Below, piece by piece: positions 36,337 to 44,948 of a DNA stretch of 64,000 nucleotides. A program made the position numbers and the translations under genes. Position 1 is the stretch's first letter. Each line of letters opens with the position of its first letter. The stretch is from a virus: IMG/VR virus record IMGVR_UViG_3300035698_016128, positions 1 through 64,000 of that record. The stretch is one strand, 5' to 3'. The notes under the pieces were generated by a model. The model worked only from the letters and a program-made list of their open reading frames with translations. It was not told where the DNA came from and did not search any database.

Positions 36337-38340
36337 TTACAGGTACGACGTGTTGTTGACCAGCGTGATACGAAGCTCGGGAATGTCATTCGTATCATCA
36401 TACAGAGCAACGTAGGGCATATCGACCGTGATGATCCCCTCATCAGCGATGGTGGGGGTAGCGCCGTTAAACTCGATGTTCGGCTGGCGGATGGCCAGAC
36501 TGAACTGCGAGCTGCTGTTTCCGAGTGCGGCGTAATCATCGTTGTCGATATACTCGTCGCTTGTGAAGGTCATGACCAAGTTGCCAGACGTGCCATTGAC
36601 GAAGCGCCGGTACAGGTCCAGGTCATCAAACTCGATGGTAACCGTACCGTCGACCGTTCTGCGCTGTTCAGGCAGGCTCGCCCTGACCTTGCTCCCAAGG
36701 TGGTACTTGTCAGCGTACAGGTTGTTGTTCAAGGTGCCGTTCCACCCCATGATAGGCTGAGCATCACCATCGATGGTCAACGCCCCATCAAAGCCAGCGA
36801 ACGGGTCCAACGACGCATAGGTTGCACCGGATTCCTCTTCCTTGTAGGTATAGAGAACCCACTTGTCGCCGATGATCAAGGCGGCAGTATCGGGAAAGAA
36901 AATGGTGAAGCCGGTATCAACGTTTGCGGCAACACGTGCTTCTGTGGCAGTCGTTGCGCTGGTGGTATAAGTGTCCCCATACGTAGCGCCATCATCAACA
37001 CTGAACTTGATGGTCGCCGTGCCAGGAATGCCACCGAGAACGATTTCCGCCAGAACTTCCGTTGCCACACCAGAATCGGTACCGATGTAATCACCCCACG
37101 TAACCGGAGACGAAACCACATCATCCGTGTCAAACAGGAACAGCGTAGTCTCCGTGGTTGACTTGATGGAGGTTGGGCCTGCCGTAACGAGGTAACTTGA
37201 ATCGGCATCCATTTCCGTGTAGTCTGACATCGTGCAGACGATGTAACTCAGGTCATCCAGGAAATCCACAAGTCCACCAACCGTATGCACAGGATACACC
37301 CGACCATCATCAGGATCTTGCCACGGAATGCTGATGTCCAGCACGAGATCTTCAGTCGCAGTCGCGCTGTTGATAATAAGCTGGTGATTTGTGTTGTCAA
37401 TCTCCAACGTACAGGTTGCGCCCTCACCCGAATATCGGATTTCAAAGGCATCCTTCGCACATCCAGTGTTTGAAGAGTTCGGCGTAGCCCTCGACGCAGT
37501 GGTTCCACCGGAACCCATCAGGCCAAGAACACCGCCCAGGATTTCCCCGGTGTCAGCGGTCAACGCCAGCGTGTTCACCTTACAGCCATTGTAGGTGAAG
37601 GCCGCCACATCCCTGCCGAACTCCCAGGTCATACCGGGGGGCAGTGTGGGCGAGGCATCAATCTGATGCGAATACACACCCCAACCAAAGCAGATCAGAA
37701 TGTTTTTGGTCGCGGTACTCTGGATGAGTTCCACAGCCGCCACAGCCTCAAGCTGATTGGTGTTGTCGGCTGCGCTCGCATAGTCAGCCGCCTGAAGATC
37801 TTCGAGAACACCGCTTGCAGCGTAGCTGGAAGGACTGTAGGCCGCAAGCCCCGTACCGGCTTCGTTGATGGCATCCATGAGTTCCTGAATGGTGTCAGCG
37901 GTGGAATCACCAAGGGCAATGTCCACGCCAGCGCCAGTACCGCCAGTGATGACCACGGCGAAGTTGGTTGCCAATCCGGTAAGGCCAACCGTAACGGTAA
38001 GCTCTGCGCTGGTTGAAGCCGCATCCGTAACCAGAAGGGCAAACGCACTGTCCACCCGTGATGTCTCGACAGACCCAAGGGCATGCTTGAAGATCTGCCC
38101 GTAGCCATCTGCCGATACCTCGAAGTTGATATCTCCACCAGCCGATTCAACGCCACTGATCCGCTTGTGAACAGCACGGTCAGAGCGCATAGCCTCAGAG
38201 ATTAACGACCCGAGTTCACTCACCATCGTTTCTCCGGTGAACTCGATGAAAAACTTGGGCGTCGGTTGCTTCTTTCCCCAGATTCCTTCCTGAGAAAAAC
38301 CCAACTGCCCCCTTGCACCAGTTGCAGGCCCAGTTGACAT
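36337..38340 (-). CDS. Major tail tube protein (non-contractile type) with two large insertions
   Basis: GQLGFSQE..WG, GGDINFEV, YNGCKVNTL and DGTVTIEFDD core motifs; no sheath gene seen; AGGAGG SD. Confidence 0.82.
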   Translation of the reverse strand: MSTGPATGARGQLGFSQEGIWGKKQPTPKFFIEFTGETMVSELGSLISEAMRSDRAVHKRISGVESAGGDINFEVSADGYGQIFKHALGSVETSRVDSAFALLVTDAASTSAELTVTVGLTGLATNFAVVITGGTGAGVDIALGDSTADTIQELMDAINEAGTGLAAYSPSSYAASGVLEDLQAADYASAADNTNQLEAVAAVELIQSTATKNILICFGWGVYSHQIDASPTLPPGMTWEFGRDVAAFTYNGCKVNTLALTADTGEILGGVLGLMGSGGTTASRATPNSSNTGCAKDAFEIRYSGEGATCTLEIDNTNHQLIINSATATEDLVLDISIPWQDPDDGRVYPVHTVGGLVDFLDDLSYIVCTMSDYTEMDADSSYLVTAGPTSIKSTTETTLFLFDTDDVVSSPVTWGDYIGTDSGVATEVLAEIVLGGIPGTATIKFSVDDGATYGDTYTTSATTATEARVAANVDTGFTIFFPDTAALIIGDKWVLYTYKEEESGATYASLDPFAGFDGALTIDGDAQPIMGWNGTLNNNLYADKYHLGSKVRASLPEQRRTVDGTVTIEFDDLDLYRRFVNGTSGNLVMTFTSDEYIDNDDYAALGNSSSQFSLAIRQPNIEFNGATPTIADEGIITVDMPYVALYDDTNDIPELRITLVNNTSYL

Positions 38341-38374
38341 TGTTTATACCTCCTTCTATTTAAGGATTACCCCT

Positions 38375-38863
38375 TCAGTCAGCACTCACTACTTGGTGGA
38401 GTTTATGTAGCCTCACTCTTACAGTCCCAGCCGCGATTACTTTCTGCCCTATAACCTGCGGTGCGTATTCCGACGATAAAACTTCGCAACCAAGCTGGGG
38501 ACAGAAGCCATTGACAGTAACGTGTTGCATGAACATTTGGGCGATCCGCCAAACCACTCTCATAACATCACGCTTCCTCGTCCTCTCATTTTGTTCTTCA
38601 TGATAATAAACAAGGGCCACATCAATGTCAACCGTGTAACGTGTGCTTGTCCTACCACTCCACGCTCGGCTTATAGTAGTGAACCCCTCTATGTCAATCG
38701 CGACAGATTGATTCTTTGGCATGATGTTGGTGCTTTCTGCATAAATCTCTGTGAGACGCACCCCAAGCTCATCCTTCTGGTACAACCGCAAGAGCTCCGT
38801 AATATTCGCCCTTGCGTTGTCCATCAGATTCTCAAGGCTACCAAGATCTATGTCGCGAGCCAT
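38375..38863 (-). CDS. Tail terminator/completion protein
   Basis: Size, position before the tube gene, and an alpha/beta pattern. Confidence 0.6.
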   Translation of the reverse strand: MARDIDLGSLENLMDNARANITELLRLYQKDELGVRLTEIYAESTNIMPKNQSVAIDIEGFTTISRAWSGRTSTRYTVDIDVALVYYHEEQNERTRKRDVMRVVWRIAQMFMQHVTVNGFCPQLGCEVLSSEYAPQVIGQKVIAAGTVRVRLHKLHQVVSAD

Positions 38864-38873
38864 CTCTTATTCC

Positions 38874-39380
38874 TTACTGCCCGATTGCTGCTGTGACACT
38901 TCTTATTACAGCGCCAAAAAAACTCTTTGCCATAAGGTCGCCCTGTTCCCTGTTGAAAGCAATCAACTCACGTCCGTATTTCTGCTTGAGCAACTTGGCA
39001 AAGTATATTGGGTAACGATTTTTAAAATAAGTCTCATCCACTCCGTAAAGCAAGGTCACTGCCTTTGGTGCTCTGATGATCTTGTTAATATTCCCTTCCG
39101 CGTTAGAACCAGAAGTAACCGCTTTTCTCAATGCGCCAGACTGCACCCCGAATGTGTAACCGCCCTTCCTCTTGTTCCAAGCAGAGTTACTTGGCAATCC
39201 GCTAAAAGACTGAAACCTATGTGCCATTACGGCAGGAATAACACTCTGGATAACCTGCATTTCAGCACTCAGATCTTGCAGAACCTTAAGCATTGAATCT
39301 AGCGCTCTGTCTAATTCAAGTCCTCCCTGTATTTCGAATGTAAATGAGATCACATTAGTTCCTTGTGTACCCTGTGTCAT
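38874..39380 (-). CDS. Neck/virion morphogenesis protein (Mu gpG / HK97 gp10-like)
   Basis: Position; ELDRAL...SGALRKAV pattern. Confidence 0.6.
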   Translation of the reverse strand: MTQGTQGTNVISFTFEIQGGLELDRALDSMLKVLQDLSAEMQVIQSVIPAVMAHRFQSFSGLPSNSAWNKRKGGYTFGVQSGALRKAVTSGSNAEGNINKIIRAPKAVTLLYGVDETYFKNRYPIYFAKLLKQKYGRELIAFNREQGDLMAKSFFGAVIRSVTAAIGQ

Positions 39381-40119
39381 CCGTCACATCTTCATCCAAA
39401 TCTAACTTGCCCTCTTCAATCCCAGAAATACCAAGCTCGTTGAACAGGGTTGTTCTGCTTCTCCATGTTGGTGCACCAGCTATTGATTCCTTCACGTACC
39501 ACGCAAGGAAATCATCAACAGCCTGAATACCTTCTTCGTGCCATGCCACCTCTACAGGCGCTTGCTGATCAAAGATAGTACCAGCTAAGCAAGCGGTGTA
39601 GATATAATAAGCGGCGAGGCGTGTGGCCGCAAACTCTAAGCCTCCAGGAATATCAACCGCAAGATCGGCTTCCCACGGGATATTCGTAGAGTCCCCAAAT
39701 ACTGCACCAAGGCGATTGTTGATGTAATTTGACGCATCATCAATAAATGCGTTTGCGTCATCGACGCTGACATCGGAATCGCTTATAAAATGCACACTAT
39801 CCGTATCTTGGGGTATACCGGACCAGAAAGAGGGAGTAATTGTGAACTGAGTGCACGTGAACGCAACACCCGTACTCCCGGCCCCTAAATAGCCAACGTC
39901 CTCGCCGCTAACTTCGAAGTTGGTAGCGTCAGAAAAGGTTACCACGATTCGTTCATGACCTGAGTACGAATCAAGATAGCTCACATCGCTGAGCCTTGCG
40001 GTGCCAAGGTTCCCGGTATCATAACCGAGCTCCTGGTATGCCTCAGAAGTCTTGATCTTCTTATTGGCGGTTCTCAGAAGTCTTTTGACATTCTCAAGGG
40101 TGCAATAATCGCGAGCCAT
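39355..40119 (-). CDS. Head-tail connector (adaptor) protein with an insertion
   Basis: YCTLENVKRLL N-terminus; FIDDASNYINNRL...RLAAYYIY pattern. Confidence 0.7.
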   Translation of the reverse strand: MARDYCTLENVKRLLRTANKKIKTSEAYQELGYDTGNLGTARLSDVSYLDSYSGHERIVVTFSDATNFEVSGEDVGYLGAGSTGVAFTCTQFTITPSFWSGIPQDTDSVHFISDSDVSVDDANAFIDDASNYINNRLGAVFGDSTNIPWEADLAVDIPGGLEFAATRLAAYYIYTACLAGTIFDQQAPVEVAWHEEGIQAVDDFLAWYVKESIAGAPTWRSRTTLFNELGISGIEEGKLDLDEDVTDDTGYTRN

Positions 40120-40153
40120 ATTCTAGACCTCTCCTTCCAATCAGAAACGCGGG

Positions 40154-40399
40154 CTACTCGTCGTCATCCTCTTCCTCTTCCACAGCCCGTTTCTTCTTGG
40201 CCTTTTTCTTGCGCTTCTTTGCGGTCACCTCTTCCTGCTCTTCTTCGTCGTCAGCCCCCTCAAACTCCTCCACGTACCCGCCCTTGATTTCGGCCTCCGC
40301 GATTTCTTTCGGAAGATCAACAACATCTCCCATTTCCGGATAAAAATAGTCCTCACCGTTGTAGAGCTTGAGATCTTCTTTCGCAACGATTACCTTCAT
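40154..40399 (-). CDS. Small head-associated protein with acidic/basic tail
   Basis: GAGGGG SD before MKVIV; GDVVDLPKEIAE motif. Confidence 0.6.
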   Translation of the reverse strand: MKVIVAKEDLKLYNGEDYFYPEMGDVVDLPKEIAEAEIKGGYVEEFEGADDEEEQEEVTAKKRKKKAKKKRAVEEEEDDDE

Positions 40400-40458
40400 G
40401 GTATTTCCCCTCGTACCTTCTATGGGTTTCCGCGCATACGCTATTCGCAAATCGCGAA

Positions 40459-40647
40459 TTAAGCCGTCTGGTCACCTACGACCACATACACCGTTCCGTC
40501 AGCCGAAAGCTGAAGCTTGCCATCGGAATCGAGGTACATACGCCCCTGAGTGACCGTGGGCGTGCTGGCCTGAACGTCCAAATCCAGATACTTGCGCACC
40601 CGGACTTTGTCCAACTTCGTTGTTCCCCAAAAGTAACGATCCGCCAT
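40459..40647 (-). CDS. Small virion protein
   Basis: AGGAGG SD; GC-rich codon style; G..YLDSDGKL repeat-like motif. Confidence 0.65.
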   Translation of the reverse strand: MADRYFWGTTKLDKVRVRKYLDLDVQASTPTVTQGRMYLDSDGKLQLSADGTVYVVVGDQTA

Positions 40648-40671
40648 GATGGTTCCTCCTTTGCAGGATTC

Positions 40672-40709
40672 CCGGTTAAGCCGGTATCAGGGGGGCCGTT
40701 AAGCCCCCC
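40672..40709 (-). other. Two stem-loops after the capsid gene, without a U-tract
   Basis: GGGGGGC-TTAACG-GCCCCCC and CCGG-CTTAA-CCGG. Confidence 0.6.
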
Positions 40710-40732
40710 CAATCCATAGCACCTCCACGCCG

Positions 40733-41659
40733 TTAGGCGCTCACACAGTTGGTGAAGATCCAGCCAGCAGAGAGCGTGGTGATCTTCGGTGAATAAACCT
40801 TGTTGACCTTGATGAACTCGCCTTCCCTGTCCTCATCCCGCCAGCGAGCAACCTTCTGCATTTTCGACACGAAGGTGCGCCCGAGGGTGAGGGGGTTGCG
40901 GGGATCGACGAAAGCCACGACCGCATTGTCGTTGATGACGTAGTCGTAACTCGCGTCAACGCCTTCATCGGCTTCGTTGACCAGCGCATCGGTGATAATG
41001 ACCTTCATGTTCCGCAGGGTGGGCGGAAGAGGGTCGCCGGTGATGGCCTGCGTGGTGTGGTACTTCAGAATTTCCATCATCTTGTCATCCTGCCCAACGG
41101 CTTCCGCGATCTGCGTGTTGAAGGAGATCAGATTCGGACGCTTCCCGATGGCCTTGGAAATGTTCAGGATGGAGGTGGAGAGATCACCCAGGATATCGGG
41201 GTTAGTTCCGTCCACCCACGCGGTCGTGGTGGTAAGCACGGTTCTGTACCCGGACTGGTTCAGGCCGGAGGAGCCGATGATCAGGAGCCACAGATCCAAT
41301 TCTTCCGAAAGCATGATCTTTTCGGTCAGGAACTCGGTGGCATCCATCTTCGGCTGTACCGGCGCATCCGCGTACTGCACGGCCCTGTCGGTCACGATGT
41401 CCTTGATGGCCCGCTCGTAACAGGAATACGTACCCTCGTCGTAACTGAGGGTCGCCTCTTCAGTCGACGCGCCATCCGCCTTCTTGGGCGCTCCCTTGAA
41501 GAAACCGTCCCGGTTGAAGATCCGGTATTTCCCGGTTTCTTTCGCAACCCGAAAATCGGGCAGGAAGTTCTTGGCGGTAAACTCGTTGTTGGTGTACTTG
41601 ATGGAAAGCTGAGTCAACACCTGATCGTTGTGAATGTATCCTTTTTGGACGTTAAACAT
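40733..41659 (-). CDS. Major capsid protein (HK97 fold, Mu gpT/lambda E-like)
   Basis: DQVLTQLSIKY.N..F.A...P, GKY..F, TEFLTEKI patterns; follows the protease and decoration genes; strong codon bias. Confidence 0.88.
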   Translation of the reverse strand: MFNVQKGYIHNDQVLTQLSIKYTNNEFTAKNFLPDFRVAKETGKYRIFNRDGFFKGAPKKADGASTEEATLSYDEGTYSCYERAIKDIVTDRAVQYADAPVQPKMDATEFLTEKIMLSEELDLWLLIIGSSGLNQSGYRTVLTTTTAWVDGTNPDILGDLSTSILNISKAIGKRPNLISFNTQIAEAVGQDDKMMEILKYHTTQAITGDPLPPTLRNMKVIITDALVNEADEGVDASYDYVINDNAVVAFVDPRNPLTLGRTFVSKMQKVARWRDEDREGEFIKVNKVYSPKITTLSAGWIFTNCVSA

Positions 41660-41738
41660 TGTTTTTTTTCCTCCTTCTCATTCCTTCAGGTTAAAGCAAC
41701 ACCAACGGAGATAGCGGGTCACCCCGCCCTATCATCCG

Positions 41739-42173
41739 TTACGCATTCGCCACAGCTCCCGGCCATCCGCACAGCACAGGCACCAGTTCGCCAGCCGCAT
41801 CCGCGGTCTCCAGGGCGATACCAATGACACCATACATGGTCCCACCATCCGCAAGCGCCTTGGACTGGCACGAACCCGCCGTGGTACCGGAGGCATACAC
41901 GGCTTCACCACGGGTAATGCCGTTGGAATCGCTGATGACCTTCTTGATCGGGCCGAAGCACATCACCGTCACCTCTTCGGTGATAGCCGCGTCTGCGAGG
42001 GCGATACCGATAACGGGCGTGGTAGTGGAGGTGGTGTGCTTGAGGACCTGGGGCCATGCGGTGCCGAGCTCAACGACCATGTTCTTCGAAATCGCGGCCT
42101 CGGCGTTGAAAGAGTGGATGAACCCATCCATCTGGTCACCCTTCGTGTATTTGTTGCTGGTCTGATCCGCCAT
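41739..42173 (-). CDS. Capsid decoration/cement protein (DUF2190-like)
   Basis: AEAAI....V, VIGIALADAA...VTV and GIALETA.AAGELVPV motifs. Confidence 0.8.
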   Translation of the reverse strand: MADQTSNKYTKGDQMDGFIHSFNAEAAISKNMVVELGTAWPQVLKHTTSTTTPVIGIALADAAITEEVTVMCFGPIKKVISDSNGITRGEAVYASGTTAGSCQSKALADGGTMYGVIGIALETADAAGELVPVLCGWPGAVANA

Positions 42174-42247
42174 TTTTTCTGTACCTCCTATTCCGTTTGA
42201 AATTCATTTAAGAACATTTGCCAGAGGGCCGGTGTTCCCGGTGGCCC

Positions 42248-42922
42248 TTAGACGGTGAGCTTCCCATCGTTGGACAACTTGATCATTGCCTCGCCGTAGG
42301 AGAGCTTGTTCTCAGCCGCATACTTCTCGATGTCCTCAACGGTCATCGAACCGTCAGAGCCGGTCTTCTTCACGTGCTGGCTCGTCTTTTCTTCCAGATC
42401 GATACGGCTTTCCTTGGGAATGCTTTCCAGAACGCGGGTGAGAATGTCCTGGAGGGAAAGCTTCGTTTCCTTGGGTTCCTTACCCTCAACGGGCTCGGAC
42501 AGGGTCACGGTCACATGGCCTTCGGACGGCGCGGCAAGCATAACCTGCTTGACGGTCTTGGTCAGGGCGGGCCACATGCCCTTCTCTTCCAGTTCCTTCA
42601 CGAAGGAATCGACGTCCTGCTCATACAGCCGTCGGGTATCACCCTCACGGCCCTTCAGCAGGGCGGTCACGGAATCGGTCAGGGTCTTGATCTCGCCGGA
42701 GAGCTTGGTGTTTTCCTCCTGCAAATTTTTGACGGTTTCATCGCCGGTACTCTTGGAAGCCTCAAGCTCTTTCGCCTTCTCTTCGAGAGTGACGATCTGC
42801 GCCTGAATGGCATCGGCGAATTTCTTGGCCTCGGGGTCGACCTTCTTATCGTCCTTCGGCTCGGTCAGCGTGGTAAGCTGGCCCTTCAGTTTGTTGAGTT
42901 CCTCGAGGATTTGATTCAGCAT
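42248..42922 (-). CDS. Nested in-frame scaffolding protein (Mu gpZ-like)
   Basis: Internal AAGGAGG (42934-42940) upstream of in-frame ATG 42922 (MLNQILEEL), at the protease/coiled-coil boundary. Confidence 0.6.
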   Translation of the reverse strand: MLNQILEELNKLKGQLTTLTEPKDDKKVDPEAKKFADAIQAQIVTLEEKAKELEASKSTGDETVKNLQEENTKLSGEIKTLTDSVTALLKGREGDTRRLYEQDVDSFVKELEEKGMWPALTKTVKQVMLAAPSEGHVTVTLSEPVEGKEPKETKLSLQDILTRVLESIPKESRIDLEEKTSQHVKKTGSDGSMTVEDIEKYAAENKLSYGEAMIKLSNDGKLTV

Positions 42923-44032
42923 TTCGTTTTTGTCCTCCTTTCCAGAGTTGTCTTCCTTCCCGCCATCGGTCTGTTCCGGTGACAGAATGATTTCACCTTC
43001 TTCACTGAGAATGGCGGGTGCCATGCCCTTGATAAAAGGCCGGTTTGTGAGGCCACCACCGAGAATCGTCGGTCCGAACTTCTTCCCAGTGGCGCGATCA
43101 GTGTAGTTGTCCACATACTCAGTACTGAAATACATGAACTCCTTGCTTTGCAGGCTGTCAAAGCCCCGCTTGGTAAGTTCCACGGTCGCCCAAAGCCCGT
43201 CTTCCTTCTCGTAAAGCTTCTTCAGCCACGAGGCCGCACCCCAGTCCGGGCGGTGCTTGAAGTCATAGGCGATGTGATCCTGCGGAACTCCTTCTTCGAA
43301 ATTCTTGATAAAGGTCTCGAACGTCTTAGGCGTGAACTCCAGAGTTCCATATTCGGGATGCTTGAACTTCCCGATTTTGAGAACCTGAATTTCGAACACC
43401 TTGGTTTCATCTGAGAACTCGATCTCTTCAGTCAGCGCTACCACACTGTCAGAAATGGTAAAGCCGATCTGGCTAGGGACGTCGAACTTCCGAGTAAACT
43501 CCTCGATGCTCTCCGCCTTGCGGTTCTTCGAAAGGCACGCTTCAAACTTCGGCTTGATTCTCGCCAGAACGTTCCCCGGCGCTCTCTTGCCCATGCGTGC
43601 ACCATTCGCCAACCGCCATGCCGCCATGACACCGTCGCCGTTGATGGAACCATCTTGGCACCGATAAGGAAAGCGTTTTTCCTCAGGCCAGAAATAGTGA
43701 CTGTCCGGAAGCTCGGCACGCTTCGAAGGCGGTGTCCAAACCGAAACCAGCGCCCCACCGTCATCCGACATCGACATGAGTTCGGCAAGCTCATGCTCAT
43801 CGTCATCGGTCATCGCTTCCATGTCCTCGATCGAAAGCGCCATGAACAGGCCGTCCATGACTTCCAACTTCCGTTTGAGGTCTTCGTCTTCCAGCTTCCC
43901 GCGCTTATCGGCTTCGACGAGGGGCATGCCATGCTTCTTCATGAAACTTTCCGTGCAAATGGCATAAGCAGAACCTTCGCTCTTCCCCTCCGCCTTCAAC
44001 GCAGTGACGCTTTCTTTCCATTCCGTCAGCAT
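42248..44032 (-). CDS. Prohead protease/scaffold (Mu gpI-like) with an N-terminal extension
   Basis: YDFKH, AASW, YFSTEY and GGGLTNRPFIKGM motifs; coiled-coil C-terminus; AAGGAGG SD. Confidence 0.88.
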   Translation of the reverse strand: MLTEWKESVTALKAEGKSEGSAYAICTESFMKKHGMPLVEADKRGKLEDEDLKRKLEVMDGLFMALSIEDMEAMTDDDEHELAELMSMSDDGGALVSVWTPPSKRAELPDSHYFWPEEKRFPYRCQDGSINGDGVMAAWRLANGARMGKRAPGNVLARIKPKFEACLSKNRKAESIEEFTRKFDVPSQIGFTISDSVVALTEEIEFSDETKVFEIQVLKIGKFKHPEYGTLEFTPKTFETFIKNFEEGVPQDHIAYDFKHRPDWGAASWLKKLYEKEDGLWATVELTKRGFDSLQSKEFMYFSTEYVDNYTDRATGKKFGPTILGGGLTNRPFIKGMAPAILSEEGEIILSPEQTDGGKEDNSGKEDKNEMLNQILEELNKLKGQLTTLTEPKDDKKVDPEAKKFADAIQAQIVTLEEKAKELEASKSTGDETVKNLQEENTKLSGEIKTLTDSVTALLKGREGDTRRLYEQDVDSFVKELEEKGMWPALTKTVKQVMLAAPSEGHVTVTLSEPVEGKEPKETKLSLQDILTRVLESIPKESRIDLEEKTSQHVKKTGSDGSMTVEDIEKYAAENKLSYGEAMIKLSNDGKLTV

Positions 44033-44092
44033 TTTTTACCTCCTTTGATTCTGGACACTTTTATATCCTAACGACTAATGGATATCACAACC

Positions 44093-44530
44093 CTATCCAG
44101 TTGTCAATAGGTTTTTAAAAGGGTCCACGAAAAAAGTTCCCCGTATGAGGCGTACTTTTACGTAAGCATTGTGAGCAATCGCATCAGAAATACTACGCAC
44201 CCTACTACCGCCACCGCTTGCTCCCATTGACTGCCACTTGTTCAAACATACCTCAACGTGCGTTGCCCTTCTGGCTTCGTTAAGCCCGAACACAAGACAA
44301 CCAGCATACGGCACCGGCACCGTCTCAGCATAGAACATGCGCATAATTGCATCAGCAGTAAGGTCGATCTTCCGTGAGACAAGCCCCACTGACTTCAGCC
44401 CCTCAAGCACATAGCCGCTGCAATCAAAAGAAGATGGATCATCGCCACCCCATGTGTAGAATGTGCCTATGAAGTGTCTGAGGTATGAAATAAACTCTCC
44501 CCTCAACTCTTCCACATCAAGAAGTGTCAT
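44093..44530 (-). CDS. NlpC/P60 cell-wall peptidase, possibly the endolysin
   Basis: YTWGGDDPSSFDCSG catalytic Cys motif and THVEVC His. Confidence 0.88.
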   Translation of the reverse strand: MTLLDVEELRGEFISYLRHFIGTFYTWGGDDPSSFDCSGYVLEGLKSVGLVSRKIDLTADAIMRMFYAETVPVPYAGCLVFGLNEARRATHVEVCLNKWQSMGASGGGSRVRSISDAIAHNAYVKVRLIRGTFFVDPFKNLLTTG

Positions 44531-44542
44531 GCCAGTATCTCC

Positions 44543-44917
44543 TTAAAATTCGCTATCATCTTGGTCTGACAATAGCGGTAGTCTGCGGGCCGTTGCTATC
44601 TGGTCTAGACGTTTCCGGACATAAGTTATATCCTTGGTTATCTGTAACATCTGTGGCCCCATGACATCCTTCCTCACAAAGACCTCATGGCTCAATTTCT
44701 TATGAGATTCCAAATCTGTCTTCACAGTATTGAGCTCCTTTTCAAACCTAACACAGTCCTCCCTTGATGTGACCGCGATCTCTGCCTTGAGAGCCTCGCT
44801 CTGTGTAAGGCAATACTTTGGCTTAATTACAAACCTGTTTGCTAAGAGCGTTAATACTCCAACCACAAACCCGCTAAGCGATGCCACAATCAGGGGGTGC
44901 GCCCAGTCCCAAGCCAT
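44543..44917 (-). CDS. Single-TM coiled-coil membrane protein (holin or lysis accessory-like)
   Basis: AGGGAG SD before MAWDW; N-terminal TM followed by a coiled coil. Confidence 0.6.
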   Translation of the reverse strand: MAWDWAHPLIVASLSGFVVGVLTLLANRFVIKPKYCLTQSEALKAEIAVTSREDCVRFEKELNTVKTDLESHKKLSHEVFVRKDVMGPQMLQITKDITYVRKRLDQIATARRLPLLSDQDDSEF

Positions 44918-44948
44918 TGAAATCTCCCTATATGAAAAAAAAACAGAT

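Noticed and set aside
29676-39380. Contractile (Mu-type) tail suggested by the Mu-like head genes
   Set aside because: No sheath or baseplate wedge (gpJ/gp47-like) genes were recognised; the tube and long tape measure fit a non-contractile tail.
36277-42982. Long plus-strand ORFs (36277-37161, 41057-41827, 42218-42982)
   Set aside because: They are antisense shadows of the GC-rich tube, capsid and protease genes, with no SD or recognisable motifs.
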